Positions 1-10,356 of a stretch of DNA of 64,000 nt are shown in pieces. The stretch is from Escherichia coli (GTDB taxonomy: Bacteria > Pseudomonadota > Gammaproteobacteria > Enterobacterales > Enterobacteriaceae): NCBI RefSeq assembly GCF_024502345.1, contig NZ_JALDNN010000001.1; one strand, given 5' to 3'. Position numbers and translations under genes: made by a program. Below the pieces are notes generated by a model. The model was not told where the DNA came from. It saw nothing but the letters and a program-made list of their open reading frames with translations, and ran no database searches. Numbering within the stretch: the first letter of the stretch is position 1; each line of letters opens with the position of its first letter.

Positions 1-74
1 ATCTTTCCCCGGTGACAAAGTGCTAATTGGTCTGTAATGTTCAATGTGTGGCAGGCAAGCCGCCGGTGACTTAG

Positions 75-1270
<1,196 letters not shown>

Positions 1271-1439
1271 TTAATATAAAGACACAAGCAGAGACATTTT
1301 TGGCACGATATAAAAACGCTAAGTTAAAAAATCACTATGACGTGTTGGGTATCAAATGTTCACTGGCATAAACCTCTGTTTCTGATGTAAAACAGATTTT
1401 CTGAGGAGGCGTAAAACCTCCTCGTACTGCGAAATTGAT

Positions 1440-1940
1440 TTAGTGATAGCGATCGATCACGCCAACCAGATAGTGGTCGGTTTGCTGCATGTTGATGCCC
1501 GCTTTTTTAGCGCTGCGGACTTCATCCAGAATGATTTGCAACAGCGTCCCGTCCACGATTTCCTCTTTTCTGTATCGCTTCAGGAAGTTAATCGCTGACT
1601 TATCGTTTGCTGCCTGGGCGTCTTCCGTCAAAGAGGTCAGCGCATTAATGCGCTTCTGGTAATCGCTTACCGTCTGCTCAAACAGATCTTCCAGCGTGGA
1701 AAATTCACCGCACCGGGCGTGTTGCTCCTGTAACACCGGCGTGGCGCCGCTCTGTTTGATGTATTCGTACATGCGCATCATTTGCGTCACCGTATTTTGC
1801 GCCTGATGACGCAAAAATAGTGCGGTGCCATTAAGGCTATTCTCGCTGCACCTCTGGCTGAGCTGAAGATACAAATTTGAGGTATAAAACTCCTGATTCA
1901 TTTGCGCATTCAGTTTTTGAACTATTCCGCTAGCGATCAT
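1440..1940 (-). CDS. ferritin-like protein (bacterial non-heme ferritin family, FtnB-like), 166 aa
   Basis: 166-aa ORF with ferritin-like sequence pattern (N-terminal NQEFYTSNLYLQ, C-terminal LLQIILDEVRSAKKAG); isolated between the IS5-like element and IS26. Confidence 0.7.
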   Translation of the reverse strand: MIASGIVQKLNAQMNQEFYTSNLYLQLSQRCSENSLNGTALFLRHQAQNTVTQMMRMYEYIKQSGATPVLQEQHARCGEFSTLEDLFEQTVSDYQKRINALTSLTEDAQAANDKSAINFLKRYRKEEIVDGTLLQIILDEVRSAKKAGINMQQTDHYLVGVIDRYH

Positions 1941-2358
1941 AGGACTTCCTTATTTCTTGTCATCTCAGAAAACGGTCACTCTTCGAAAAAATAACCAGAA
2001 TAAAAGCGATTCTTTCGCTTTTTTTATTGCGCCTGGTTACGCAGTCATATTCATTTTAAGTCGGGATGCTCCTTATTTAAATATCCAACCCTACTATCGC
2101 ATTTCTATCTGGCATTATTCTGTGATGGTGTTTCGATATTCACACTCCCTGTGCCAATCCTTTCTTATCGACAGTAGGAAACTTCCTCCGGCTATTCTGC
2201 TGAACACGATTAGGGGCACTGTTGCAAAGTTAGCGATGAGGCAGCGTTTTGTCTTATTCAAAGGCCTTACATTTCAAAAACTCTGCTTACCAGGCGCATT
2301 TCGGGTGATGCTGCCAACTTACTGATTTAGTGTATGATGGTGTTTTTGAGGTGCTCCA

Positions 2359-2634
2359 GTGGCTTCTGTTTCTATCAGCTGTCCCTCCTGTTCAGCTACT
2401 GACGGGGTGGTGCGTAACGGCAAAAGCACCGCCGGACATCAGCGCTATCTCTGCTCTCACTGCCGTAAAACATGGCAACTGCAGTTCACTTACACCGCTT
2501 CTCAACCCGGTACGCACCAGAAAATCATTGATATGGCCATGAATGGCGTTGGATGCCGGGCAACCGCCCGCATTATGGGCGTTGGCCTCAACACGATTTT
2601 CCGCCATTTAAAAAACTCAGGCCGCAGTCGGTAA
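2359..2634 (+). CDS. insA: IS1 InsA (91 aa)
   Basis: Protein [43 protein letters not shown] matches IS1 InsA with its zinc-finger-like Cys pattern. Confidence 0.95.
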   Translation: MASVSISCPSCSATDGVVRNGKSTAGHQRYLCSHCRKTWQLQFTYTASQPGTHQKIIDMAMNGVGCRATARIMGVGLNTIFRHLKNSGRSR

Positions 2635-3056
2635 CCTCGCGCATACAGCCGGGCAGTGACGTCATCGTCTGCGCGGAAATGGACGAACAGTGGGGATACG
2701 TCGGGGCTAAATCGCGCCAGCGCTGGCTGTTTTACGCGTATGACAGGCTCCGGAAGACGGTTGTTGCGCACGTATTCGGTGAACGCACTATGGCGACGCT
2801 GGGGCGTCTTATGAGCCTGCTGTCACCCTTTGACGTGGTGATATGGATGACGGATGGCTGGCCGCTGTATGAATCCCGCCTGAAGGGAAAGCTGCACGTA
2901 ATCAGCAAGCGATATACGCAGCGAATTGAGCGGCATAACCTGAATCTGAGGCAGCACCTGGCACGGCTGGGACGGAAGTCGCTGTCGTTCTCAAAATCGG
3001 TGGAGCTGCATGACAAAGTCATCGGGCATTATCTGAACATAAAACACTATCAATAA
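2553..3056 (+). CDS. insB: IS1 InsB reading frame (InsAB' transposase produced by -1 frameshift)
   Basis: ORF overlapping the insA 3' end in the -1 frame; slippery motif AAAAAAC at 2610-2616; protein matches IS1 InsB. Confidence 0.93.
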   Translation: MPGNRPHYGRWPQHDFPPFKKLRPQSVTSRIQPGSDVIVCAEMDEQWGYVGAKSRQRWLFYAYDRLRKTVVAHVFGERTMATLGRLMSLLSPFDVVIWMTDGWPLYESRLKGKLHVISKRYTQRIERHNLNLRQHLARLGRKSLSFSKSVELHDKVIGHYLNIKHYQ

Positions 3057-3066
3057 GTTGGAGTCA

Positions 3067-3765
3067 TTACCGCATTTCGCCCAGGGGATCACCATAATAA
3101 AATGCTGAGGCCTGGCCTTTGCGTAGTGCACACATCACCTCAATACCTTTGATGGTAGCGTAAGCCGTCTTCATGGATTTAAATCCCAGCGTGGCGCCGA
3201 TTATCCGTTTCAGTTTGCCATAATCGCATTCAATCACGTTGTTCCGGTACTTAATCTGTCGGTGTTCAACGTCAGACGGGCACCGGCCTTCGCGTTTGAG
3301 CAGAGCAAGCGCGCGACCATAGGCGGGCGCTTTATCCGTGTTGATGAATCGCGGGATCTGCCACTTCTTCACGTTGTTGAGGATTTTACCCAGAAACCGG
3401 TATGCAGCTTTGCTGTTACGACGGGAGGAGAGATAAAAATCGACAGTGCGGCCCCGGCTGTCGACGGCCCGGTACAGATACGCCCAGCGGCCATTGACCT
3501 TCACGTAGGTTTCATCCATGTGCCACGGGCAAAGATCGGAAGGGTTACGCCAGTACCAGCGCAGCCGTTTTTCCATTTCAGGCGCATAACGCTGAACCCA
3601 GCGGTAAATCGTGGAGTGATCGACATTCACTCCGCGTTCAGCCAGCATCTCCTGCAGCTCACGGTAACTGATGCCGTATTTGCAGTACCAGCGTACGGCC
3701 CACAGAATGATGTCACGCTGAAAATGCCGGCCTTTGAATGGGTTCATGTGCAGCTCCATCAGCAA
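3067..3765 (-). pseudogene. tnpA: IS26 transposase (Tnp26) disrupted by IS1
   Basis: Protein MNPFKGRHFQRDIILWAVRWYCKYGISYRELQ matches IS26 Tnp; likely start codon at 3745-3747. The frame runs into the IS1 end and stops at 3067-3069; the native C-terminal codons (LVSRVFEM) lie on the other side of IS1 at about 2267-2302. Confidence 0.88.
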
Positions 3766-3810
3766 AAGGGGATGATAAGTTTATCACCACCGACTATTTG
3801 CAACAGTGCC

Positions 3811-4053
3811 GAGCAGATTGTCTTTGCCCTGAAGCAGGCTGAGCTGGGTACGCCCGTACCGGAAGTCTGCCGCAAGCTGGGCATCTCCGATGCCACGTTC
3901 TACACCTGGCGCAAAAAGTACGGCGGGATTTCTCCTTCAGAGCTGAAACATATGCGGCAGCTCGAAGAGGAAAACCTTCGCCTGAAGAAGCTGGTTGCCG
4001 ACCTGAGTCTCGACAAGGCCATGCTGCAGGACGTGCTGGCAAAAAAGAGCTGA
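3811..4053 (+). pseudogene. IS3-family orfA fragment (HTH / leucine-zipper part), N-terminus removed by IS26
   Basis: Frame is open from the IS26 boundary: AEQIVFALKQAELGTPVPEVCRKLGISDATFYTWRKKYGG...LAKKS, stop at 4051-4053. The ORF-track entry 3262-4053 is an artefact that reads back across IS26. Confidence 0.75.
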
Positions 4054-4253
4054 CGCTGGCACGCCTGCGCGAGTGGGTCAGGGACTTACAGACCCGCTAC
4101 GGTGCCAGTGAAAGACAGGTCTGCTTTGCGCTGAAGATCAGCCGCAGTTCGTTCCGGTACCGCTCCGTTGCGGCAGACGACAGCGCACTGCGACTGCGCA
4201 TCAGGGAGATAACCGAAACCCGTGTCCACTATGGCTACCGCAGAGTCCACGTC

Positions 4254-4895
4254 ATGCTGAAACGGGAAGGCTGGCGCGATAATCACAAGCGTGTTTACCG
4301 GCTTTACCGCGAGCAGGGATTATCGCTGCGGCTGAAACGCCCCCGCCGCAATAAATCTGCGCTGAAACGTCAGCCACAGCCGCAGGGGCTGTATCCCAAT
4401 CATGTATGGGGGATGGATTTTGTCTCCGATGCGCTGTTTGACGGTCGCCGGCTTCGCCTGCTGACGGTAATCGATCTCTACACGCGCGAATGTCTGGGGA
4501 TCTGCGTGGGCCAGAACCTGCGCTCTTCAGAAGTGGCGGAGATGCTGGACACTATCGCGTTGAGACGCCCATTACCGCAGCTACTGAAGACAGATAATGG
4601 CTCTGAATTTGCAGGGAAAATGCTGGATAAATGGGTGTACGAACGTGATATCCGGATCGATTTCTCACGGCCAGGCACGCCCACGGATAATGCTACGGTG
4701 GAGTCATTCAACGGCAGGCTGCGGCAGGAGTGCCTGAACGAGAACTGGTTTATGTCCAAGGAGGATGCCCGGTGCAAAATCGAGGTCTGGCGCATACACT
4801 ATAACCAGAGTCGTCCCCATTCTGCACTGGGCTGGATGACCCCGTGCGAATTCGCCGAGAAATCTGCCGGTTGCCAGAATAAGCAACCAACCTGA
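4254..4895 (+). CDS. IS3-family orfB (integrase-core domain), probably expressed as an OrfAB fusion
   Basis: The -1 frame relative to orfA is open from about 4047 (KKELTLARLREWVRDLQTRYGASERQVCF); the ORF track starts it at M4254; integrase-core C-terminus (RPHSALGWMTPCEFAE). Confidence 0.8.
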   Translation: MLKREGWRDNHKRVYRLYREQGLSLRLKRPRRNKSALKRQPQPQGLYPNHVWGMDFVSDALFDGRRLRLLTVIDLYTRECLGICVGQNLRSSEVAEMLDTIALRRPLPQLLKTDNGSEFAGKMLDKWVYERDIRIDFSRPGTPTDNATVESFNGRLRQECLNENWFMSKEDARCKIEVWRIHYNQSRPHSALGWMTPCEFAEKSAGCQNKQPT

Positions 4896-4915
4896 AGCCG
4901 GTTATTCCTGATTAT

Positions 4916-4947
4916 AGGCTCCGTTTGGGAAACGGAAAATATTGTAC
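4916..4947. repeat. outer 32 nt of a Tn3-family 38-bp terminal inverted repeat (copy a), split by an IS110-family insertion
   Basis: AGGCTCCGTTTGGGAAACGGAAAATATTGTAC resembles the intact IR at 15751-15788 (GGGGTCCGCTTGGAAAACGGAAATTATCCCAC read from outside); the remaining GTTAAG follows the IS at 6311-6316. Confidence 0.6.
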
Positions 4948-6310
4948 TATAAGGGCTTCCCCGGCATGTCAACGCCGGTTTTATAGTTTCTGTCTGCTCG
5001 TCAGTAAAATAAAGGGGAGAGACTGCGGTACTATAAACGGCCATGATAAATCGTTATCGATTCGGGCCCTGATGAAAGACGCGCGTGAGGTTCTTGTTCG
5101 TTAAGCGGATACGTATATCCTGTACAATAGCCAGATAGGCCTCACGGGGTCTAACCCTTTTTCATCAACGAGTTGCAGGTCAGATGGTTATACTGCTTTG
5201 TGCTTTAGCTGGCTGAGTACAGCCTGAAATCATCACCGTAATGCAACGATGCCCAGCACAGCCTCGCGTTTTTGGCGGCGATGGCTACAACAGCCCGCCA
5301 GTACCCCCTGCGCTCAACCAACTTACAAACCCAACGGCTGAATGAGTCAGTCCTTTTCTCTGCACCAATCAAAACCGAACGGGCCCCCTGAACCAGAAGC
5401 GTTCGCAGATATGAATCGCCCGCTTTCGTTATTCTGCCAAGCTTTGATTTTCCGCCACTGCTGTACTGTGATGGTGTAAGTCCCAGCCAGGCTGCCAGTT
5501 GGCGTCCATTCTTAAAATCATGGGCATTACCGATACTGGCGACCAGCGCACAGGCCGTTGTGGGACCAATCCCTTTCAGTTCCATCAGTCGTTGGCTGCG
5601 GTGATCCGTTTTTGCCATGCGGGACAGGATCCGGTCATATTCAGCGATGTTATCTTCAATGCGATTAATGTGTTCCAGCAGATCATCAACGCATTGCTGA
5701 ACCTGAAGCGGCAAAGAATTCTTCTGTTCAGAAACGATGTGGCGCAGGGCATCTGTACTTTGTGGAGCGATGACGCCGAATTCAGATATCAAACCTCTTA
5801 ATCGGTTATATGTTGCTGTTTTCTCTTCGATAAAACCTTGTCTGGTACGGTGTAGACATTGCATCGCCTGCTGGCTCTCATCCTTCACTGGCACGAACCG
5901 CATATGCGGGCGACGGACAGCCTCACAAATAGCCTGGGCATCAGCTGCATCATTTTTTCCTGATTTACCGGCCATGCGATATGGCGATACGAACTTTGCA
6001 GCCATCAAACGGGGCTCATGGCCATACTGCCGAAACACTCTTGCCCAGTAATGGGCGCCTGAGCACGCCTCCATCCCGATAACACAGGGAGGCAGGCTTG
6101 CAATTAACTCAGGAAGTGCAGCACGCGATACTTTAGGTTTAACCAGAACAGTTTTTCCATTTTGATCAACGCAGTGAACAGCGAACACATTTTTAGCAAG
6201 ATCGATACCGACAGTAGTGATAGTCATAACGAATCCCTCCAGGGCTATGTTTACCCCATGATTGCACAAGAGCTAATCAGGCACATATCCAGGGGAAGTC
6301 CCTTCCATTC
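4948..6310 (-). mobile_element. IS110-family insertion sequence, copy A (IS1111 / IS4321-IS5075-like), 1363 bp
   Basis: Bounded by TATAAGGGCTTCCCC (4948-) and GGGGAAGTCCCTTCCATTC (-6310); contains one IS110-family transposase gene; inserted inside a Tn3-family IR with no target duplication. Confidence 0.85.
5205..6227 (-). CDS. IS110-family transposase (340 aa from MTITTVGIDLAKN)
   Basis: N-terminal VGIDLAKN motif typical of IS110-family transposases; the ORF track begins 14 codons upstream, but copy B starts at the MTITTVGID methionine (6225-6227 here). Confidence 0.88.
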   Translation of the reverse strand: MTITTVGIDLAKNVFAVHCVDQNGKTVLVKPKVSRAALPELIASLPPCVIGMEACSGAHYWARVFRQYGHEPRLMAAKFVSPYRMAGKSGKNDAADAQAICEAVRRPHMRFVPVKDESQQAMQCLHRTRQGFIEEKTATYNRLRGLISEFGVIAPQSTDALRHIVSEQKNSLPLQVQQCVDDLLEHINRIEDNIAEYDRILSRMAKTDHRSQRLMELKGIGPTTACALVASIGNAHDFKNGRQLAAWLGLTPSQYSSGGKSKLGRITKAGDSYLRTLLVQGARSVLIGAEKRTDSFSRWVCKLVERRGYWRAVVAIAAKNARLCWASLHYGDDFRLYSAS

Positions 6311-6350
6311 GTTAAGATCAAATTTTAACCTGTAATACACTGATAAATTA

Positions 6351-6382
6351 GGGGCCCGCTTGGAAAACGGAAAATATCCTAC
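6351..6382. repeat. outer 32 nt of a Tn3-family 38-bp terminal inverted repeat (copy b), split by the second IS110-family insertion
   Basis: GGGGCCCGCTTGGAAAACGGAAAATATCCTAC, then the IS, then GTTAAG at 7746-7751 running directly into the tnpA remnant; together these reconstruct a 38-bp IR closely matching 15751-15788. Confidence 0.75.
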
Positions 6383-7745
6383 TATAAGGGCTTCCCCGAA
6401 CAGTCAACGCCGGTTTTTAATTTCTGTCTGTTCATCAATGAAAGGCAAGGGATAAGACTGCGCTACTATAAACGGTCATGCTGAATCGCTAGTGATTCGG
6501 ACCCTGATGAAAGACGCTCGTGAGATCCTCCTTCGTTAATCGGATAGTGATATCCAGTAGGATATGCAGATACTTCTCACGGGGGTCTAACCCTTTACCA
6601 TCAACAATTTACAGTTCAGTTACTACTCAGTTAAATTTTTCATGTTGTTGAATACAGTCTGAAGTCATCGCCGTAATGTAATGATGCCCAGCACAACCTC
6701 GCATTCTTGGCGGCGATTGCAACGACAGCACGCCAGTATCCCCGCCTACCAATCAACGAGCAGACCCAACGGCTAAACGGGTCCGTTCTATTCTCTGCCC
6801 CTACCATTACAGAACGGGCTCCCTGGACCAGTAGGGTTCGCAGATAGGCATCACCCGCTTTTGTTATCCTGCCAAGCTTTGATTTTCCGCCACTACTGTA
6901 TTGTGATGGCGTTAGCCCCAACCAGGCTGCCAGTTGGCGCCCGTTCTTAAAATCATGGGCATTGCCAATACTGGCGACCAGCGCACTCGCTGTGGTGGGC
7001 CCAACACCTTTCAGTTCCATTAACTGCTGGCTGCGATGATCTGTTTTGGCCACACGAGATAATACCCTGTCATATTCGGCGATTTTCTCTTCAATATTAG
7101 TGACATGTGTCAATAGATCATCAATGCACAGCCTAACCTGTACTGGCAGAGTTTCCTTCTGGTCAGAAACAACATGACGCAGAGCATCAGTGCTTTGTGG
7201 GGCAATAACCCCGAATTCAGATATCAGGCCCCGAAGACGGTTATACGTTGCTGTTCTTTCCTGGATAAATCCCTGTCTTGTCCGATGTAAGCATTGCATT
7301 GCCTGCTGGCTTTCGTCTTTGACTGGTACAAAGCGCATATGCGGCCGCTGCACTGCCTCACAAATAGCTATTGCATCAGCTGCATCATTTTTCCCGGTCT
7401 TACCCGCCATGCGATAGGGTGAGACAAATTTCGGAGCCATCAACCGGACATCATGGCCATACTGCCTGAATAATCTTGCCCAATAGTGGGCACCCGAGCA
7501 GGCTTCCATTCCAATGACACAGGGAGGTAAACCTGCGATGAGTTCAGAAAGTGCTGCACGCGACACCTTGGGTTTAACCAGAACAGCTTTACCATTTTGG
7601 TCAATGCAGTGAACAGCAAACACATTTTTAGCAAGATCGATACCGACAGTGGTGATGGTCATAACGAATCCCTCTGGGTCAATGTTTATCCTATGATTGC
7701 ACGAAAGTTAATCAGGCGCATATCTAGGGGAAGTCCCTTCCATTC
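6383..7745 (-). mobile_element. IS110-family insertion sequence, copy B, 1363 bp
   Basis: Same termini and same length as copy A; the transposase is about 88 percent identical to copy A by eye; inserted at the equivalent position of a second IR copy in the same orientation. Confidence 0.85.
6640..7662 (-). CDS. IS110-family transposase (340 aa)
   Basis: Intact ORF, a paralogue of the copy A transposase. Confidence 0.9.
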   Translation of the reverse strand: MTITTVGIDLAKNVFAVHCIDQNGKAVLVKPKVSRAALSELIAGLPPCVIGMEACSGAHYWARLFRQYGHDVRLMAPKFVSPYRMAGKTGKNDAADAIAICEAVQRPHMRFVPVKDESQQAMQCLHRTRQGFIQERTATYNRLRGLISEFGVIAPQSTDALRHVVSDQKETLPVQVRLCIDDLLTHVTNIEEKIAEYDRVLSRVAKTDHRSQQLMELKGVGPTTASALVASIGNAHDFKNGRQLAAWLGLTPSQYSSGGKSKLGRITKAGDAYLRTLLVQGARSVMVGAENRTDPFSRWVCSLIGRRGYWRAVVAIAAKNARLCWASLHYGDDFRLYSTT

Positions 7746-7746
7746 G

Positions 7747-8088
7747 TTAAGCCTGTTTTTTATACAGACTGCTATCTACTGAGCGTAACGAACGGTATTT
7801 TCCCTGTCCCAGCTTGAGGTTTGTTCGCCAGACGTAATCTCCACTCAAGTTGATGTGTTCCCATCCCAGCGGGGACAGATGAGAAATCAGCTGTTCATTT
7901 AGTGGGATCCCTTTTCGCTTCAGAGAATCTATGGCTCTTTCTATATATACCGTATTCCACAGTGAGATCGCCGCAGTCAGCAATGTCAGCCCGCTGGCCC
8001 GGTAGCTCTGGTTTTCCAGTCCCCGGTCTCTGATTTCCCCCAGCCGGTGCATAAAGACTGCTCGCGCTATAACAGCGCCCCCCCCCAC
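7747..8088 (-). pseudogene. tnpA: Tn3-family transposase TnpA, C-terminal remnant (about 110 codons)
   Basis: [53 protein letters not shown]...LYKKQA parallels the C-terminus of the intact TnpA at 12771-15755; ends next to the split IR; similarity is lost upstream at a poly-C tract near 8078-8086. Confidence 0.8.
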
Positions 8089-8267
8089 GAATCCCTGAAT
8101 AACCTGACACCGGAAGAGTACCGGCTGATGGCTGAAACCCCGGAAATCTCAAAAAGTGCGCGGAACTAAATCGGGTGACATAAAAAATTTCGAATGCTAA
8201 GAGGGCCGGCAGTCACCAGTAAAACCATAATGAGTAACTGCCTGATTAAAGTTGTGGGGATGTATAA

Positions 8268-9044
8268 TTAAAGATTAACGACTTCACCATCTTCAGGGAT
8301 ACTAACCTGGTCAGTAATCTTATTAAGATCTACATACTCATGGATTTCTTTTCGGGTTTGTCCAAAATGATTTACAGATTCCATATGTGTGGAAATAATA
8401 TGTGCTTTTGGAAGTATGTTATGTGTCCTTAGCACATCTTCTTTACCCATGATAATAGGCCCCAGATTTTCCACCTGCGCATATCCCGTATTCAGGATAA
8501 CGATATCAGGCTGATATTTATGCATAACCTGCTCTACATCATTAATCCAGATAGTATCACCAACTATATAGATAGTCTTTTCGCCATCAGACTGGAGAAT
8601 AACCCCCATAGCTTCACCTAATAGCTCTGCCGCAGCGGGGTTGCGGAATGCCTCATCACTACCATGTTGACAGTGAGTTGGAATTAAGCGAATTCCGGCG
8701 TATTCAATTTCATTATCAAGAACTTGTAGGTTAATAAATCCATCGCGGGCCAGTTCGTTTTTGTCTTCAGTATTCTGTACAAAAATAAGCATATCGCGAG
8801 GGATCAGCGCCCGGGCAGCAGCATCCCAGTGGTCATCATGCGTATGAGTAACAATAATAGCATCTACATCAATAACCTCTGATACCGGTAGAGGTAAGTC
8901 AACAAGAGGGTTCCGTAAATGGCGGTTCATCGTCAATGGAAAACCAGGGAATGAACCTTTTGCTGATAACATCGGGTCAATCAGGATTTTTTTTCCTGCA
9001 TAATGAATAATTGCAGTGGCGTTACGGATCTGATGAAATTTCAT
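8268..9044 (-). CDS. MBL-fold metallo-hydrolase (258 aa)
   Basis: Metal-binding motif THTHDDHWD (HxHxDH); no N-terminal signal peptide, so not an obvious secreted class B beta-lactamase. Confidence 0.8.
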   Translation of the reverse strand: MKFHQIRNATAIIHYAGKKILIDPMLSAKGSFPGFPLTMNRHLRNPLVDLPLPVSEVIDVDAIIVTHTHDDHWDAAARALIPRDMLIFVQNTEDKNELARDGFINLQVLDNEIEYAGIRLIPTHCQHGSDEAFRNPAAAELLGEAMGVILQSDGEKTIYIVGDTIWINDVEQVMHKYQPDIVILNTGYAQVENLGPIIMGKEDVLRTHNILPKAHIISTHMESVNHFGQTRKEIHEYVDLNKITDQVSIPEDGEVVNL

Positions 9045-9114
9045 AATAGAACTCCAGTTCTGTATTAACAGAACACAGTAAGAGGATTAATTTACTTTCC
9101 AGCTGGCAGAAGTT

Positions 9115-9896
9115 TTATATCGCTTCTGAACCCCTGAATGTTTTTCGCCATACGGACGGCGATACGCCAAATTTTGCGATAAACTTTTCCCGTAAAGATG
9201 TTGCGGAACTAAAACCAACCAGCTCAGATACCTTCTGTACAGAGTGGGCTGTAGATTCCAGTAATACCTGCGCTTCTCTCAGACGCTCCGTTGTTAACCA
9301 GTCAACCAGTGTCATGCCCGTCGACTGTCGGAAGCGGCGTGTAAAGGTTCGTCGGCTCATGCTAACGACTTCACAAAGTTCATCCAGCGTCCAGCGTCTG
9401 GCCAGGTCCTGGCGCAGCGTTTCAACCAGCAGAATTATCTGGCGATCCTTTGTTGCAGATGGAAAAGGCATCTGAATATACTGAGCCTGTCCCCCGTCCC
9501 GATGAGGCGGGATCACCATTCGCCTTGCTATCTGATTGGCAATATTGCTCCCGTACAACTCCCTGACCAGATACAGACAGCAGTCCATACCCGCACCTGT
9601 ACCGGCAGAAGTAATAATATTATCGTCAGCTACATAGAGCGCATTCATATCCAGGTGGGTATTCGGAAACCGTGACTGAAAATCACTCTCATACAACCAG
9701 TGTGTCGACGCGTTTCTTGCATCCAGTAGTCCTGAATAGGCCAGAGCATAGGCACCAAGGCACAAACCCACAATGGTGGCATTATGCTGTGCAGCTTCCC
9801 GGAGTGCTTCCGTTAACTGTGGCTCCGGTACAATGTCAGGCGATGGCCAGAAAGGAACTATAACCATGTCAGCAGTACGTAACACCGATAAGTCAT
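9115..9896 (-). pseudogene. GlxA-type regulator (DJ-1/PfpI-like domain + AraC-family HTH), C-terminal part of a gene split by the IS2-like element
   Basis: DJ-1-type nucleophile region IVGLCLGAYALA followed by an AraC-type HTH (RRTFTRRFRQSTGMTLVDWL); the frame stays open upstream to the IS boundary at 9896. Confidence 0.8.
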
Positions 9897-9987
9897 TGAT
9901 GTAGCCCCCTGAAACACCGGACAGTAGCTGTATCTCCAGATAAGAGATAGGCTTGAATATATGTCTAACACTAACGCCAATTTTGAG

Positions 9988-10356
9988 ATGACCGGGATCC
10001 TGTTAGGGCAAGAAGTCCGTAAACGTAAAACTCCTCAGGAGAAGATCGCCATTATCCAGCAGACGATGGAGCCGGGTATGAATGTCTCCCATGTCGCCCG
10101 CCTGCATGGTATCCAGCCCAGCCTGCTGTTTAAGTGGAAGAAGCAATATCAGGAAGGCAGCCTCACCGCCGTTGCGGCTGGAGAGGAAGTCGTTCCTGCT
10201 TCTGAGCTTACTGCTGCTCTGAAGCAGGTCCGGGAGCTTCAGCGCCTTCTGGGCAAGAAAACGATGGAAGTTGAGATCCTGAAAGAAGCCGTGGAGTACG
10301 GTCAGTCGCGAAAATGGATAGCGCACGCGCCCTTGTTGCCAAAGGACGGGGAATAG
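9988..10356 (+). CDS. IS2-like orfA (InsC-like)
   Basis: [25 protein letters not shown]...[18 protein letters not shown] parallels IS2 InsC; start taken at the internal ATG 9988 rather than the ORF-track start 9961. Confidence 0.85.
   Translation: MTGILLGQEVRKRKTPQEKIAIIQQTMEPGMNVSHVARLHGIQPSLLFKWKKQYQEGSLTAVAAGEEVVPASELTAALKQVRELQRLLGKKTMEVEILKEAVEYGQSRKWIAHAPLLPKDGE

Larger units (their letters stand above)
2304..3071 (+). mobile_element. IS1 (768 bp) inserted into IS26
   Basis: IS1 ends GGTGATGCTGCCAACTTACTGAT (from 2304) and GTTGGAGTCATTACC (to 3071); insA and insB inside; 8-bp target duplication GCATTTCG at 2296-2303 and 3072-3079. Confidence 0.95.
2215..3810 (-). mobile_element. IS26 (IS6 family) copy interrupted by IS1
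   Basis: IS26 terminal repeats GGCACTGTTGCAAA at 2215-2228 and inverted at 3797-3810; 89 bp + 739 bp of IS26 (828 bp including the 8-bp duplication made by IS1). No matching 8-bp direct repeat flanks IS26 itself (CGATTAGG at 2207-2214 versus GAGCAGAT at 3811-3818). Confidence 0.9.
3811..4915 (+). mobile_element. IS3-family element (IS407-group-like), 5'-truncated by IS26; right boundary approximate
   Basis: orfA fragment and orfB in the classic IS3 arrangement with an A AAA AAG frameshift heptamer at 4041-4047; the left end and orfA N-terminus are missing where IS26 abuts at 3810/3811. Confidence 0.75.

Noticed and set aside
1957-2325. 122-aa ORF between the ferritin-like gene and IS26
   Set aside because: It runs across the IS26 terminal repeat into IS26 and IS1 sequence and has no ribosome-binding site or domain-like features; most likely non-coding.
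3262-4053. 263-aa plus-strand ORF spanning the IS26 region and the IS3-family orfA
   Set aside because: Most of it is the antisense of the IS26 transposase gene; only the last ~80 codons (from 3811) are real orfA sequence. It exists only because no stop codon happens to occur in that antisense frame.
7895-8152. 85-aa minus-strand ORF overlapping the tnpA remnant and the poly-C junction
   Set aside because: It is a Gly/Arg/Pro-rich translation across the poly-C tract in a different frame from the recognisable tnpA remnant; judged spurious.
8268-9044. MBL-fold protein as a possible class B beta-lactamase resistance gene
   Set aside because: It has no signal peptide and a glyoxalase-II / lactonase-like HxHxDH context; nothing supports a periplasmic carbapenemase. 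It was called a generic MBL-fold hydrolase.
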